Part shown: positions 1-10,345 of the stretch, piece after piece
Numbering within the stretch: the stretch's first letter is position 1
How the letters are laid out: each line of letters starts with the position of its first letter
Source of the DNA: Rhodocyclaceae bacterium
GTDB taxonomy: Bacteria; Pseudomonadota; Gammaproteobacteria; Burkholderiales; Rhodocyclaceae
Length of the DNA stretch: 64,000 bases
Assembly: GCA_035456105.1 (NCBI GenBank)
Contig: DATIDV010000041.1
Coordinates: 27,219-91,218 of the forward strand
Direction of reading: 5' to 3'
Notes under the pieces: model-generated
Told to the model about the DNA's origin: nothing
Databases searched by the model: none
Seen by the model: only the letters and a program-made list of their open reading frames with translations
Made by a program: the position numbers and the translations under genes

Positions 1-206
1 TCACCTTGCAGGAGCGGGAACAAGTACATACGCACGCACTCGAAGCAGAGTGGACGCAGCTGCAGCTGGAAAACAGTACGTGGGCTGCGCCGGTTCGCGT
101 CGAGAAGATTGCGCGCGAACGTCTCGCCATGCAGCACCCGTCGCATGAGGCCCTGGTGTCAGTCGAATCCTCGCAAGGCGTTTCTCGCCTGGAGATGCGG
201 CGATGA
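1..206 (+). CDS. ftsL: Cell division protein FtsL, C-terminal part (5' end outside the window)
   Basis: The ORF runs off the 5' edge. Its C-terminus (LQLENSTWAAPVRVEKIARERLAMQHP) is FtsL-like. The stop overlaps the ftsI start (ATGA at 203-206), and it sits first in the dcw gene order. Confidence 0.8.
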   Translation, partial: TLQEREQVHTHALEAEWTQLQLENSTWAAPVRVEKIARERLAMQHPSHEALVSVESSQGVSRLEMRR

Positions 207-1951
207 AAAAATCCTACACCTTCAACCACAATCCGCTGCTGTCGGAGCGCCTGCCATTGTGGCGGGCGCGTTTCGTTCTGGGACTGTTGCTGCTCGGGAT
301 GTGCGGACTTGTCGGACGTGCAGTGTGGCTGCAGGGGGTGAATCGCGATTTCCTGCAGGCCAAGGGCGAGTCGCGCTATGGCCGCACGCTGACGCTGACT
401 GCAACGCGCGGCAGAATACTCGATCGTCATGGCGAGCCTCTGGCCATGAGCACGCCGGTGAAGTCGGTCACGGCAATCCCCGATATGGCAACGCTGACGG
501 TGGGGCAGGTCGCGCAGCTGTCGAAAATTCTTGGCGTGCCGCTCGAGGACATCAATCGCAAGCTCGCCAGCAGCAAGGATTTCGTTTTCCTCAAGCGCGA
601 AGTGCCGCCAGATGTGGCTGGACGCGTAGCGGCATTGAAGTTGCCCGGCATTCACAGTGCGGACGAGTATCGTCGCTACTACCCCGTGGGCGACGTGACT
701 TCGCACGTGGTGGGCTTTACCAATGTCGACGACAAAGGCCAGGAAGGTATCGAGCTGGAGATGGAGTCGGCGCTTGTCGGCAAACCGGGTTCACGGCGCG
801 TCATCAAGGATCTTTACGGATCGATTGTGGAAGACGTGGAGTCGATTCGCCGTCCGCAGAACGGCAGCGACATCGTCCTCTCGCTTGATTCGAAGATTCA
901 GTATCTGGCCTTCAGCGCGCTGAAACAGGCCGTGGAGCGGACGCGTGCCAAGGCCGGCGCAGTCGTCGTGCTCGACGCCAAAACCGGCGAGGTGCTGGCA
1001 CTGGTCAACAACCCCACCTTCAATCCGAACAATCGCGTCAAGCTGACCGGCGAAATGCTGCGCAATCGCGTGTTTACCGACGTGTATGAGCCGGGTTCGA
1101 CAATGAAGCCGTTCATTGCCGGCATGGCACTCGAGTCGAACCGCTATCGGCCAACAACGATGATCGAAACCTCCGGCGGACAGATGACGCTGGATGGCGC
1201 GACCATTCACGACTCGCACGCGCACGGTGCGCTGAGCGTTGCGGAAGTCATCCAGAAATCGTCGAACGTCGGCGCCGCAAAAATCGCACTGACATTCCCG
1301 CCCGAACACATGTGGAAGCTGTATGACAGCCTTGGCTTCGGTCAGTCGCCACGCACCGGTTTCCCGGGCGAGGTGGGTGGGCGTTTGCGTCCCTACAAGA
1401 CGTGGCGACCGATCGAGCAGGCCACCATGGCGTTCGGACACGGGGTCTCCGTGACGCTGATGCAGATGGCGCATGCGTACATGGCGCTGGCGCGCGATGG
1501 CGAAATGATCCCGCTCTCGCTGACCCGAATGGACTCGGCGCCAATGCGCGGCCAGCAGGTGTTCAGCCCGGAAGTGACGCGGGAGGTTCGCAGCATGCTC
1601 GAAATGGTGGTGGCCGATGGCGGCACCGCTCCGCAGGCACGCATTCCCGGCTACCGCGTGGCGGGCAAGACGGGGACGGCACACAAGCTCGAAGGCGGGC
1701 GCTATGTGAACAAGTACGTCGCCTCGTTCATTGGCTTTGCGCCAGCGTCCGACCCACGTTTCGTGGTGGCCGTCATGATCGACGAACCCAGTGGCGCCAG
1801 CTATTACGGTGGCGATATTGCCGGCCCGGTATTCGCTCAGGTCATGAGTGGCTCGCTGCGTACGATGGGTGTCCGTCCTGATGCGCCCATCTTGCCGACA
1901 CAGGTTGCGCGGCAAACCGTGGCGCCCCTTCCTGCGCCGGAGAATATGTGA
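203..1951 (+). CDS. ftsI: Peptidoglycan D,D-transpeptidase FtsI (PBP3)
   Basis: 582 aa with an N-terminal TM helix. Penicillin-binding motifs are visible: STMK (EPGSTMKPF), SSN (KSSNVGA) and KTGT (AGKTGTAHK). It sits after ftsL. Confidence 0.95.
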   Translation: MKKSYTFNHNPLLSERLPLWRARFVLGLLLLGMCGLVGRAVWLQGVNRDFLQAKGESRYGRTLTLTATRGRILDRHGEPLAMSTPVKSVTAIPDMATLTVGQVAQLSKILGVPLEDINRKLASSKDFVFLKREVPPDVAGRVAALKLPGIHSADEYRRYYPVGDVTSHVVGFTNVDDKGQEGIELEMESALVGKPGSRRVIKDLYGSIVEDVESIRRPQNGSDIVLSLDSKIQYLAFSALKQAVERTRAKAGAVVVLDAKTGEVLALVNNPTFNPNNRVKLTGEMLRNRVFTDVYEPGSTMKPFIAGMALESNRYRPTTMIETSGGQMTLDGATIHDSHAHGALSVAEVIQKSSNVGAAKIALTFPPEHMWKLYDSLGFGQSPRTGFPGEVGGRLRPYKTWRPIEQATMAFGHGVSVTLMQMAHAYMALARDGEMIPLSLTRMDSAPMRGQQVFSPEVTREVRSMLEMVVADGGTAPQARIPGYRVAGKTGTAHKLEGGRYVNKYVASFIGFAPASDPRFVVAVMIDEPSGASYYGGDIAGPVFAQVMSGSLRTMGVRPDAPILPTQVARQTVAPLPAPENM

Positions 1952-1967
1952 TGGTGAGGACCCTGCC

Positions 1968-3494
1968 GTGACCACTCCTCTCGCCGCCGCCCTGCTGGCT
2001 TTGTTGCGCGCAGAGGGCATTGTGCCGAATCGCGTCTGTGCGGATTCACGTCGCGTGCAGCCGGGCGATATCTTTCTGGCATACCCGGGGCAGGCTAACG
2101 ACGGCCGCATGTTCATTGCTGACGCGATCACCAAGGGCGCGGCCGCAGTAGTGTGGGAGCGTGAAGGCTTCGAGTGGAGCGAACAGTTCAGCGTACCTAA
2201 TGTACCCGTGGATCAATTGCGCTGGCTCGCGGGCGACATTGCTGACGAGGTCTTCGCCCACCCATCCGAGTCGCTGTGGATGGTCGGCATCACCGGTACC
2301 AACGGCAAGACTTCCGTGTCGCAATGGCTGGCGCGTGCCTTCACCGATCTGGGCAAGCGCTGCGCCGTCATCGGTACGCTGGGCATGGGCTTTCCCGGCC
2401 GTCTCGATCCGAGCGTCAATACCACGCCGGATTCGATTGTCCTGCACGAACAACTCGCGCGCCTGAAAGCGGAAGGTGCCGAGGCGGTGACGATGGAGGT
2501 GTCGTCCATCGGGCTTGACCAGGGGCGCATCAATGGCTGCCGTCTCGATATTGCCGTGTTCACCAATCTGACGCGTGACCACCTCGACTACCACCACACC
2601 ATGGACGCCTACGCGGCGGCCAAGGCGCAGCTTTTCAATCAAGCCGGGCTGCGTTTCGCGGTGCTGAATTTTGACGACATCATGGGCGTCTCCCAGGCGC
2701 GCCGTCTCGAAGCGACTGGTGTTGAAGTGGTGGGCTACACGCTGATCCCCGACAACGTCGACGCTGCGCCAGCCAAGTATGTTCTGGTCGCAGAGCAGTT
2801 GCGCAATACTCCTACGGGCATGCGCTTTATCGTCTGCTGTAGCGGTCAGCGCGAAGAACTCGTGGTCGGCTTGGTCGGCCAGTTCAATATATCCAATCTT
2901 CTCGCCGTGATCGGCGTACTCATGGAATCGGGCTACAGCTTTGCACAAGCTGTCGATGCAGCCCGCCGTCTGACACCGCCAGAAGGCCGCATGCAGACCC
3001 TCGGCGGCGTCGGCGAACCGATGGTTGTCATTGATTACGCACACACTCCGGATGCGTTGGAACAGGCGATCCTTGCCCTGCGCCCGACCGCCCACTCGCG
3101 CGGCGGTCGTGTCATTTGTGTGTTCGGCTGTGGCGGTGATCGCGATCCGGGCAAGCGCTCGATGATGGGTGAGGTGGCTGTGCGGCTGGCGCATCAGGTC
3201 ATCATCACCAGCGACAACCCGCGCAGCGAAAGTCCCGAAAGCATTCTCGATGATATTGCCCGCGGCGCCCCGCAAGCGCAGCGCATCACGGATCGCGCGA
3301 CGGCTATTCGCGCAGCACTTTCCATCGCGCAGGATGATGACATTGTGCTGATTGCGGGCAAGGGTCACGAGACCTATCAGGAAGTCGGCGGAAGGCGCGA
3401 GCACTTCAGCGATGCCGAGCAGGCGCGTGCTGCGCTCAAAGCCTGGACCCAGACCAGAGCGGCCGGACATGTTGGCGGAGGACATGGCGCATGA
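1968..3494 (+). CDS. murE: UDP-N-acetylmuramoyl-L-alanyl-D-glutamate--2,6-diaminopimelate ligase MurE
   Basis: Contains the Mur ligase P-loop [10 protein letters not shown] and the DNPR motif (ITSDNPRSE). I chose the GTG start at 1968 because the upstream part of ORF 1848-3494 overlaps ftsI; the start is uncertain by a few codons. Confidence 0.92.
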   Translation: MTTPLAAALLALLRAEGIVPNRVCADSRRVQPGDIFLAYPGQANDGRMFIADAITKGAAAVVWEREGFEWSEQFSVPNVPVDQLRWLAGDIADEVFAHPSESLWMVGITGTNGKTSVSQWLARAFTDLGKRCAVIGTLGMGFPGRLDPSVNTTPDSIVLHEQLARLKAEGAEAVTMEVSSIGLDQGRINGCRLDIAVFTNLTRDHLDYHHTMDAYAAAKAQLFNQAGLRFAVLNFDDIMGVSQARRLEATGVEVVGYTLIPDNVDAAPAKYVLVAEQLRNTPTGMRFIVCCSGQREELVVGLVGQFNISNLLAVIGVLMESGYSFAQAVDAARRLTPPEGRMQTLGGVGEPMVVIDYAHTPDALEQAILALRPTAHSRGGRVICVFGCGGDRDPGKRSMMGEVAVRLAHQVIITSDNPRSESPESILDDIARGAPQAQRITDRATAIRAALSIAQDDDIVLIAGKGHETYQEVGGRREHFSDAEQARAALKAWTQTRAAGHVGGGHGA

Positions 3495-4870
3495 TGCGTT
3501 TGAACGAAGCAGCACAAGCCTGCGGTGGAGAACTCGCCGGCAACGATTGCGAATTCACGGCAGTCGGAACGGACACGCGTGCCGACCTGACGGGCGCCTT
3601 GTACATCGCCTTGCGCGGCGAGCGTTTTGACGGCAACGCCTTCGTGAAGGAGGCCGCCGCCGCGGGCGCAGTCGCCGCGCTGGTTGATAAACGTGAAACA
3701 GTGGTTGCGCCAGACGGCTTTCCGTTGATCCGCGTGGACGACACGCGCCTCGCGCTCGGGACGCTCAGCCAGCACTGGCGCCGCAAGTTCGACATTCCGG
3801 TGATTGGCGTGACCGGCAGCAACGGCAAGACCACGGTCAAGGAAATGTGCGCCGCCATTCTTTCGGCCTGGGCGCGTACGCAAGGGCTGAACCCGGCGAT
3901 GGCGGTGCTCGCTACGCAGGGCAATCTGAACAATGACATCGGTCTGCCGCAGATGTTGCTGCGCCTGCGCGATACACACAAGGCTGCAGTGTTCGAGATG
4001 GGCATGAACCATCCCGGCGAGATTGCCTATCTGGCGAACCTTGCCGAACCGACGGTTGCGGTCGTCAACAATGCACAACGCGCTCACCTCGAAGGCATGG
4101 GTGAAGTGTTCTCGGTCGCCCAAGAGAAGGGTCAGATCTACGGCGCGCTGGACGAGTCCGGCGTGGCCATCGTCAATGTGGATGATGCTCATGCCGCTTA
4201 CTGGCGGGACCTGAATGTAGAGCGCCGCGTGATCACCTTCGGCCTGAGCGTTGACGCCGATGTTTCCGCCGCACACAGCATGCTGGCGTTTGGCAGCAGC
4301 GTGACGCTCAGCGCATTTGGCGAGAAGCGCGACTTCCTGCTGTCCGTGCCCGGTCAGCACAATGTGCGCAATGCCGCGGCAGCCGCAGCGGCGGCCCTTG
4401 CTGCGGGCATATCACTGGATGTTGTCGTGCAGGGCCTTGCCGGCTACAACGGCACCAAGGGCCGCTTGCAGGTACGCCGCACGGCCGAAGGGGCTGTCGT
4501 ACTCGACGACACCTATAACGCCAATCCTGATTCCGTTCGCGCAGGCATCGATGTGCTGGCGGCAACGCCCGGCGGCAAGGTGCTGGTGCTGGGCGACATG
4601 GGTGAGATCGGCGACATCAGCGCGCAGTGCCATGACGAAGTCGGTGGTTACGCCAAGAGCCAGGGCATCGACCGTCTGCTGGCGCTTGGCGAACACAGCG
4701 CCGTGGCCGTGCGAAATTTTGGCAGCGGTGGTGAACATTTTGAAAACGTTGACGACCTTGTGTCTGCGCTGCGCGCCATGCTCGCGCCGGACATGGTGGT
4801 CCTCGTCAAGGGTTCGCGCTTCATGAAGATGGAGCGCGTGGTGCAAGCCATAGCGGAGAGCGAGAAATGA
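3491..4870 (+). CDS. murF: UDP-N-acetylmuramoyl-tripeptide--D-alanyl-D-alanine ligase MurF
   Basis: 459 aa with P-loop GVTGSNGKTT. The start overlaps the murE stop (ATGA), and the dcw position fits. Confidence 0.95.
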   Translation: MMRLNEAAQACGGELAGNDCEFTAVGTDTRADLTGALYIALRGERFDGNAFVKEAAAAGAVAALVDKRETVVAPDGFPLIRVDDTRLALGTLSQHWRRKFDIPVIGVTGSNGKTTVKEMCAAILSAWARTQGLNPAMAVLATQGNLNNDIGLPQMLLRLRDTHKAAVFEMGMNHPGEIAYLANLAEPTVAVVNNAQRAHLEGMGEVFSVAQEKGQIYGALDESGVAIVNVDDAHAAYWRDLNVERRVITFGLSVDADVSAAHSMLAFGSSVTLSAFGEKRDFLLSVPGQHNVRNAAAAAAAALAAGISLDVVVQGLAGYNGTKGRLQVRRTAEGAVVLDDTYNANPDSVRAGIDVLAATPGGKVLVLGDMGEIGDISAQCHDEVGGYAKSQGIDRLLALGEHSAVAVRNFGSGGEHFENVDDLVSALRAMLAPDMVVLVKGSRFMKMERVVQAIAESEK

Positions 4871-5027
4871 GTTTCCTGATACGAAACCTGCGCAGCAAGA
4901 CAGCGAGCCATCCGGCCATTCCGGACGTGGTGAGCACGGTGCTGCTGGATGTTCGCGCCTACGGCTTTTCCTCTGCAGTGTCTGCGCTCCTGCGCGACCT
5001 GCGTAACTAATTCATCGATCGAAAATA

Positions 5028-6113
5028 ATGCTGCTCGAACTCGCGCGCTGGCTCAGTCAGGACATCCGGGCCTTCAATGTCTTTAACTACATCACGCTGC
5101 GCGCGATGCTGGCGGCGCTGACGGCACTGGTCATCTCCTTCATCGCCGGCCCGCCGGTGATTCGCTGGCTGACAGCCAAGAAGATCGGTCAAGCGGTGCG
5201 CGACGACGGCCCGCAAACGCACCTCGTCAAGGCAGGCACGCCGACCATGGGTGGCGCGCTGATCCTGATTGCCATCGGCATCACCACGCTCCTGTGGGGC
5301 GACCTGAAGAATCGCTACATGTGGGTGGTGCTGCTTGTGACCCTGGGCTTTGGTGCTGTCGGTTGGGTTGATGACTGGCGCAAGGTCGTGCACCGCGACC
5401 CCAAAGGCCTTGCCAGCCGCTGGAAGTATTTGTGGACTTCCCTCATTGCCGGCGGGGCTGCGGTCTATCTGGCCTTTAACGGCAGCGAAGGACAGACCTA
5501 TCTGATCGTTCCCTTCTTCAAGACGATTGCATATCCGCTGGGGATGTTCGGTTTTGTCGCACTGACCTATTTCGTCATCAACGGGACCAGCCACGCTGTC
5601 AATCTCACAGACGGCCTCGATGGTCTGGCCATCATGCCGGCCGTGATGGTCTCGTCCGCGCTGGCGATCTTTGCCTACGTCGCCGGTAACAAGGTCTTCT
5701 CCGGTTATCTCGGGCTGCCGTATGTGCCGGGCGCCGGTGAGCTGGCCGTCTTCTGTGGCGCAATGGCCGGTGCGGGCCTCGGCTTCCTCTGGTTCAACAC
5801 CTATCCCGCTGAAGTGTTCATGGGTGACGTCGGAGCGCTGGCACTGGGTGCTGCACTCGGCACCGTGGCCGTGATCGTGCGCCAGGAGATCGTGCTGTTC
5901 ATCATGGGCGGCGTGTTCGTCGCCGAAACGATTTCCGTGATGTTGCAGGTCGGCTATTTCAAGTGGAGCGGTGGCAAGCGCATCTTCCGCATGGCGCCGC
6001 TGCACCACCACTACGAGCTCGGTGGATGGAAGGAAACCAAGGTGGTCGTGCGCTTCTGGATCATCACCATCATGCTTGTTCTATTCGGACTTTCAACCTT
6101 GAAGTTGCGCTGA
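5028..6113 (+). CDS. mraY: Phospho-N-acetylmuramoyl-pentapeptide transferase MraY
   Basis: 361 aa polytopic membrane protein. The N-terminus MLLELARWL and the [10 protein letters not shown] and [10 protein letters not shown] motifs are typical of MraY. Confidence 0.95.
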   Translation: MLLELARWLSQDIRAFNVFNYITLRAMLAALTALVISFIAGPPVIRWLTAKKIGQAVRDDGPQTHLVKAGTPTMGGALILIAIGITTLLWGDLKNRYMWVVLLVTLGFGAVGWVDDWRKVVHRDPKGLASRWKYLWTSLIAGGAAVYLAFNGSEGQTYLIVPFFKTIAYPLGMFGFVALTYFVINGTSHAVNLTDGLDGLAIMPAVMVSSALAIFAYVAGNKVFSGYLGLPYVPGAGELAVFCGAMAGAGLGFLWFNTYPAEVFMGDVGALALGAALGTVAVIVRQEIVLFIMGGVFVAETISVMLQVGYFKWSGGKRIFRMAPLHHHYELGGWKETKVVVRFWIITIMLVLFGLSTLKLR

Positions 6114-6163
6114 CAGCGCGAGGTCTTACCGGTTTAAAAGAAAAGTGAAAAACGCAACGCACC

Positions 6164-6185
6164 GCCCCTGACGCAAGTCAGGGGC
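6164..6185 (+). other. Perfect 9-bp stem / 4-nt loop hairpin in the mraY-murD spacer
   Basis: GCCCCTGAC-GCAA-GTCAGGGGC read directly from the sequence. No T-run follows, so it is not called a terminator. Confidence 0.6.
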
Positions 6186-6243
6186 GCAAGCGTTTCAAGC
6201 TTTCACGTCATGGCGCAGTTCTGCAAATAACGATTGTCGAGAG

Positions 6244-7632
6244 ATGTACGCAAACAAGCTCTGCCTCGTGCTGGGTCTCGGTGAAACAGGTTTGGCCATG
6301 GCGCAATGGCTGACACGCTGCGGCGCGAAGCTGCGGGTGGCCGATTCGCGTGCCTTGCCACCCGGTACGGACGATCTGCGTCGGCGCCTGCCGGATGCGG
6401 AGCTCATCTGTGGTCCGTTCGAGAATGCATTGCTCGAGGGTGTCGAGATTGTTGCGCTAAGTCCTGGTCTTGATCCGCGTGATCCACTGATTCAGGCGGC
6501 CCGCGCGCAAGGCATTCCCATTACCGGCGAGATTGAACTGTTCGCCGCGGCGCTGCAGCAACTCGGCTGGCGCAAGGATGCCAAAGTCATCGCCATCACC
6601 GGTACGAACGGCAAGACCACCACGACTGCACTGGTCGGCGCGCTATGCCGTGCTGCAGGGCGTGAAACGGCCGTGGCGGGCAATATCTCGCCTGCCGCGC
6701 TCGCCGAACTCATGCGCCGTTTTGATGAAAACAGCCGCCCCGATATCTGGGTTCTGGAGCTGTCGAGCTTCCAGCTCGAAACCACGCGCTCACTGAATGC
6801 CGATGCCGCAACCGTGCTCAACGTGACGGACGATCATCTCGATCGTCACGGAGACATGGACGCCTACGCGCAAACCAAGGCAGCAATCTTCGTGGGCGAG
6901 GGCGTGCAGGTGCTTAACGCCGACGACGAACGCGTCGCCGCCATGGCACTCGCCGATCGCAAGGTCGTGTGCTTCAGCCTTGGCGCGCCGGCGATGCAGG
7001 ACCAATACGGTCTGCGCAAGCTTGAAGGCGAGGCCTGGCTCTGCAAAGGAGAAGCGGGTCTACTGCGTCAGACCGACATGCAACTCGCAGGCCTGCACAA
7101 TGCCGCCAATGCGCTTGCCGCGCTGGCGCTGTGCGAGGCGATCGGCTTGCCACGCGCACCGCTGATCGAAGGCCTGAAGAAGTTCCGCGGCCTCGCGCAT
7201 CGCGTCGAACTGGTGGCACACCGTGAAGATGGCGTCGACTTTTACGATGACTCCAAAGGCACGAATGTCGGCGCTACCCTGGCCGCACTGCAAGGCCTTG
7301 GCCGCAAGGTCGTGCTGATCGCCGGTGGTGATGGCAAGGGCCAGGATTTTCGTCCGCTGACCGAGGCTTTTCGCGAGCATGCGCGCGGCGTCGTGTTGAT
7401 CGGCCGTGATGCGCAGCGCATCGAAGCCGAGACCGCCAGCAGCGGTGTCGCCATGTGGCATGTCGCCGATATGGATGCTGCTGTGCTCAAAGCGAATTCC
7501 GTGGCAGAGGCGGGCGATGCGGTGATGCTGTCGCCTGCCTGCGCCAGTCTCGACATGTACCGTAACTATGCTCACCGCGCGCAGGTGTTTTGCGATGCGG
7601 TCAATGCCCTGCCCGGAGTACGCGCAGCATGA
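6244..7632 (+). CDS. murD: UDP-N-acetylmuramoylalanine--D-glutamate ligase MurD
   Basis: 462 aa with an N-terminal Rossmann-like LVLGLGETG and Mur ligase P-loop [10 protein letters not shown]. The dcw position fits. Confidence 0.94.
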   Translation: MYANKLCLVLGLGETGLAMAQWLTRCGAKLRVADSRALPPGTDDLRRRLPDAELICGPFENALLEGVEIVALSPGLDPRDPLIQAARAQGIPITGEIELFAAALQQLGWRKDAKVIAITGTNGKTTTTALVGALCRAAGRETAVAGNISPAALAELMRRFDENSRPDIWVLELSSFQLETTRSLNADAATVLNVTDDHLDRHGDMDAYAQTKAAIFVGEGVQVLNADDERVAAMALADRKVVCFSLGAPAMQDQYGLRKLEGEAWLCKGEAGLLRQTDMQLAGLHNAANALAALALCEAIGLPRAPLIEGLKKFRGLAHRVELVAHREDGVDFYDDSKGTNVGATLAALQGLGRKVVLIAGGDGKGQDFRPLTEAFREHARGVVLIGRDAQRIEAETASSGVAMWHVADMDAAVLKANSVAEAGDAVMLSPACASLDMYRNYAHRAQVFCDAVNALPGVRAA

Positions 7633-8879
7633 AAATGCCTTCCCTCATCGGCTCGCTATGGCCCCTCGCGCCGGGGCGTAGCAATTTCTCGATGCCGGGG
7701 CGGCACGGTCGACTCGGCGGCGCAGTGCAGCAGCAGCGCGAACTCGATCCGCTGGTCATCTGGTCGGCGATTGCGCTGCTGATTATCGGGCTGGTGATGG
7801 TCTATTCGTCGTCGATTGCTTACGCCGAGGGTAGCCGTGTGTCCGGGCACAACTCGACTTTCTTCCTGCTGCGACATGTGGTGTTTCTGACGGTGGGGGT
7901 TGTCGCCGGCATCATGGCCGTGCAGGTGCCTTTGAGTGGCTGGCAACGCGCGGCGCCATATCTGTTCATGGCCGGTGTAGTGCTGCTGGTCGCGGTGCTG
8001 ATTCCGCACGTCGGGCGTGAGGTGAACGGTTCGCGCCGCTGGCTGCCGCTGGGGCCGATCAACCTGCAACCGTCAGAGCTCATGAAGCTCTTCGCCGTGC
8101 TCTATGCAGCTGATTACACGGTGCGCAAGTTGCCGGAAATGAGCAGCAAGGGCGGCCTCATGCATGGTTTCAAGCGCGCTTTCCTGCCGATGGCTGCAGT
8201 GATCTTGTTCACTGGCTTTCTGCTGCTGCGCGAGCCCGACTTTGGCGCCTTCGTGGTTATCTGCACCATTGCCTTCGGCATCCTGTTTCTCGGGGGCCTC
8301 AATGCGCGCATCTTCGCGCTGCTATTCGTTGTGGCATTGGTGGGTTTCGTTTTGCTGATCTGGACGTCACCGTATCGCCGCGAGCGTCTCTTCAACTTCG
8401 TCGATCCGTGGCGCGATGCCTACGGCAGCGGCTATCAGCTGTCGCATGCGCTGATCGCGTTCGGGCGAGGCGAGTGGTTAGGCGTGGGGCTCGGTGCCAG
8501 CGTCGAAAAGCTCTTCTACCTGCCCGAAGCTCACACGGACTTCCTGCTCGCCGTGATCGCCGAAGAGCTGGGCTTTGCAGGGGTGCTGGCGGTGGTCGTG
8601 CTGTTCGGCATCCTCGTGCAACGCGCTTTCGCCATTGGTCGTCGCGCGCTGCTGCTGGAGCGCTATTACGGTGGCCTCGTTGCGCAAGGCATCGGCTTGT
8701 GGCTGGGCTTCCAGGGCCTCATCAACATGGGCGTGAACATGGGCCTGCTACCGACCAAGGGCCTGACCTTGCCGCTGATGAGTTTCGGCGGCTCTGGCAT
8801 CGTGGCGAACTGCATGGCTCTGGCGGTGCTACTGCGTATCGACTGGGAAAACAGACATGTCATGCGGGGTGTTGCATGA
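7629..8879 (+). CDS. ftsW: Peptidoglycan glycosyltransferase / lipid II flippase FtsW (SEDS family)
   Basis: Polytopic SEDS-type membrane protein ([33 protein letters not shown]). The ATG at 7629 overlaps the murD stop (ATGA); the longer ORF from 7590 overlaps murD. Confidence 0.93.
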   Translation: MKMPSLIGSLWPLAPGRSNFSMPGRHGRLGGAVQQQRELDPLVIWSAIALLIIGLVMVYSSSIAYAEGSRVSGHNSTFFLLRHVVFLTVGVVAGIMAVQVPLSGWQRAAPYLFMAGVVLLVAVLIPHVGREVNGSRRWLPLGPINLQPSELMKLFAVLYAADYTVRKLPEMSSKGGLMHGFKRAFLPMAAVILFTGFLLLREPDFGAFVVICTIAFGILFLGGLNARIFALLFVVALVGFVLLIWTSPYRRERLFNFVDPWRDAYGSGYQLSHALIAFGRGEWLGVGLGASVEKLFYLPEAHTDFLLAVIAEELGFAGVLAVVVLFGILVQRAFAIGRRALLLERYYGGLVAQGIGLWLGFQGLINMGVNMGLLPTKGLTLPLMSFGGSGIVANCMALAVLLRIDWENRHVMRGVA

Positions 8880-9024
8880 CATATCTGTTTGGACGAAACG
8901 GCATAGCCGTGCAGTCAAAACTGATGCGGTGGAGTGCGGCTTGTCGCATGACACGTCTGTTTCGACGTAGCAGCTTGCTGCGTAGTCAGAACGTTGTGAA
9001 TCTCATGAGAGGAGTCGGGGGCTG

Positions 9025-10110
9025 ATGCCGACACTCATGGTCATGGCTGGCGGTACCGGCGGGCACATCTACCCGGGCATTGCTGTGGCTGACGCCATGC
9101 GCGATCGTGGCTGGAGCATCGTGTGGCTCGGCAACCCGGATGGCATGGAGGCACGTCTCGTACCGCAAAAGGGTTACGAGATGGCCTGGCTGAATTTCTC
9201 GGCACTGCGCGGCAAGGGTCTGCTGCGCAAGCTGATGCTGCCAGTCAATCTGCTGCGTGGTTTCTGGCAGGCTCTGCGGGCGATTCGCAAGACACGTCCC
9301 GACGTCGTGCTCGGCATGGGCGGTTATGTCACATTTCCCGGCGGCATGATGGCCGCCTTGCTGGCGCGTCCGCTGGTCGTGCATGAGCAAAACTCCGTTG
9401 CAGGTCTGTCGAATCGTGTGCTCGCCAGCGTAGCGACGCGCGTACTCAGCGGGTTTCCGGATGTCATGAAGGCCGCCGAGTGGATCGGTAATCCGGTACG
9501 CGCAGATATCGAGGCGATTGCAATGCCCGAAGAGCGCTTTGCCGGCCGGTCCGGGCCGTTGCGCGTGCTGGTAGTCGGTGGCTCGCTCGGTGCCCAAGCG
9601 CTCAACGAAGCGGTGCCCAGGGCGTTGGCCCTCATGCAGCTCGAGCAACGTCCCATCGTTGTCCACCAGTCCGGCGCAAAGCAGATCGATGCCTTGCGCG
9701 CAGCGTACGAACAGGCCGGTGTGCAGGGCGAACTCCTGCCCTTCATCGAAAACATGGCGGCGCGCTACGCGGAGGCCGATCTGGTGATCTGTCGCGCGGG
9801 CGCACTGACTGTCGCCGAGTTGGCGGCGGCGGGCGTCGCCAGCATCCTCGTGCCGTTTCCGCATGCGGTGGATGACCACCAGACGGGCAATGCACGCTTT
9901 CTCTCGGAGCGCGGCGCGGCCGATCTCGTTCCGCAGAACGATCTGACCCCGGCCTTGCTGGCTGACAAGCTCGGTGCGCTCGATCGGGAACGCCTGCTGT
10001 TCATGGCCTTGGCAGCGCGCAAATGTGCTCGCCGCAAGGTTGCCATGGCCGTCGCCGATGTCTGCGAGCGGCTCGCCAGCAAGCACGCAAACGCTGTGTC
10101 CAAGCCATGA
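9025..10110 (+). CDS. murG: UDP-N-acetylglucosamine--N-acetylmuramyl-(pentapeptide) pyrophosphoryl-undecaprenol GlcNAc transferase MurG
   Basis: 361 aa. The N-terminal [16 protein letters not shown] glycine loop and the C-terminal [16 protein letters not shown] are typical of MurG. Confidence 0.95.
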   Translation: MPTLMVMAGGTGGHIYPGIAVADAMRDRGWSIVWLGNPDGMEARLVPQKGYEMAWLNFSALRGKGLLRKLMLPVNLLRGFWQALRAIRKTRPDVVLGMGGYVTFPGGMMAALLARPLVVHEQNSVAGLSNRVLASVATRVLSGFPDVMKAAEWIGNPVRADIEAIAMPEERFAGRSGPLRVLVVGGSLGAQALNEAVPRALALMQLEQRPIVVHQSGAKQIDALRAAYEQAGVQGELLPFIENMAARYAEADLVICRAGALTVAELAAAGVASILVPFPHAVDDHQTGNARFLSERGAADLVPQNDLTPALLADKLGALDRERLLFMALAARKCARRKVAMAVADVCERLASKHANAVSKP

Positions 10111-10345
10111 TGCAGCCATCGCGCGGCGCCAACCCGCATGTAGCCGTGGCTTTCAGCCCGACAGGCAGGCCGCTGGCCGGGGAGAGCCTTGCCGCAGGTA
10201 AGTCAAGACGTGTGTCGCAAGCGTGTTTCTGTAAGACTGCGCGGTTGTTCACGTGCGTCACCTTTTGCGAGATGCGCCACGGCAACGATTTTTCTGCACA
10301 GATTCAACGCTTTTTGCGCCAACAGGCGACGGTCTCAATGAAGGT

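Noticed and set aside
791-2134. Long antisense or out-of-frame ORFs overlapping core genes (for example 791-2134, 2046-3515, 18167-19894, 19970-20995, 39339-40910, 43058-44617, 57367-58980, 62728-63942, 32579-34090)
   Set aside because: They are typical stop-poor alternative frames of high-GC genes. Their translations are Arg/Ala/His-rich with no recognisable motifs, and each fully overlaps a gene with clear family signatures.
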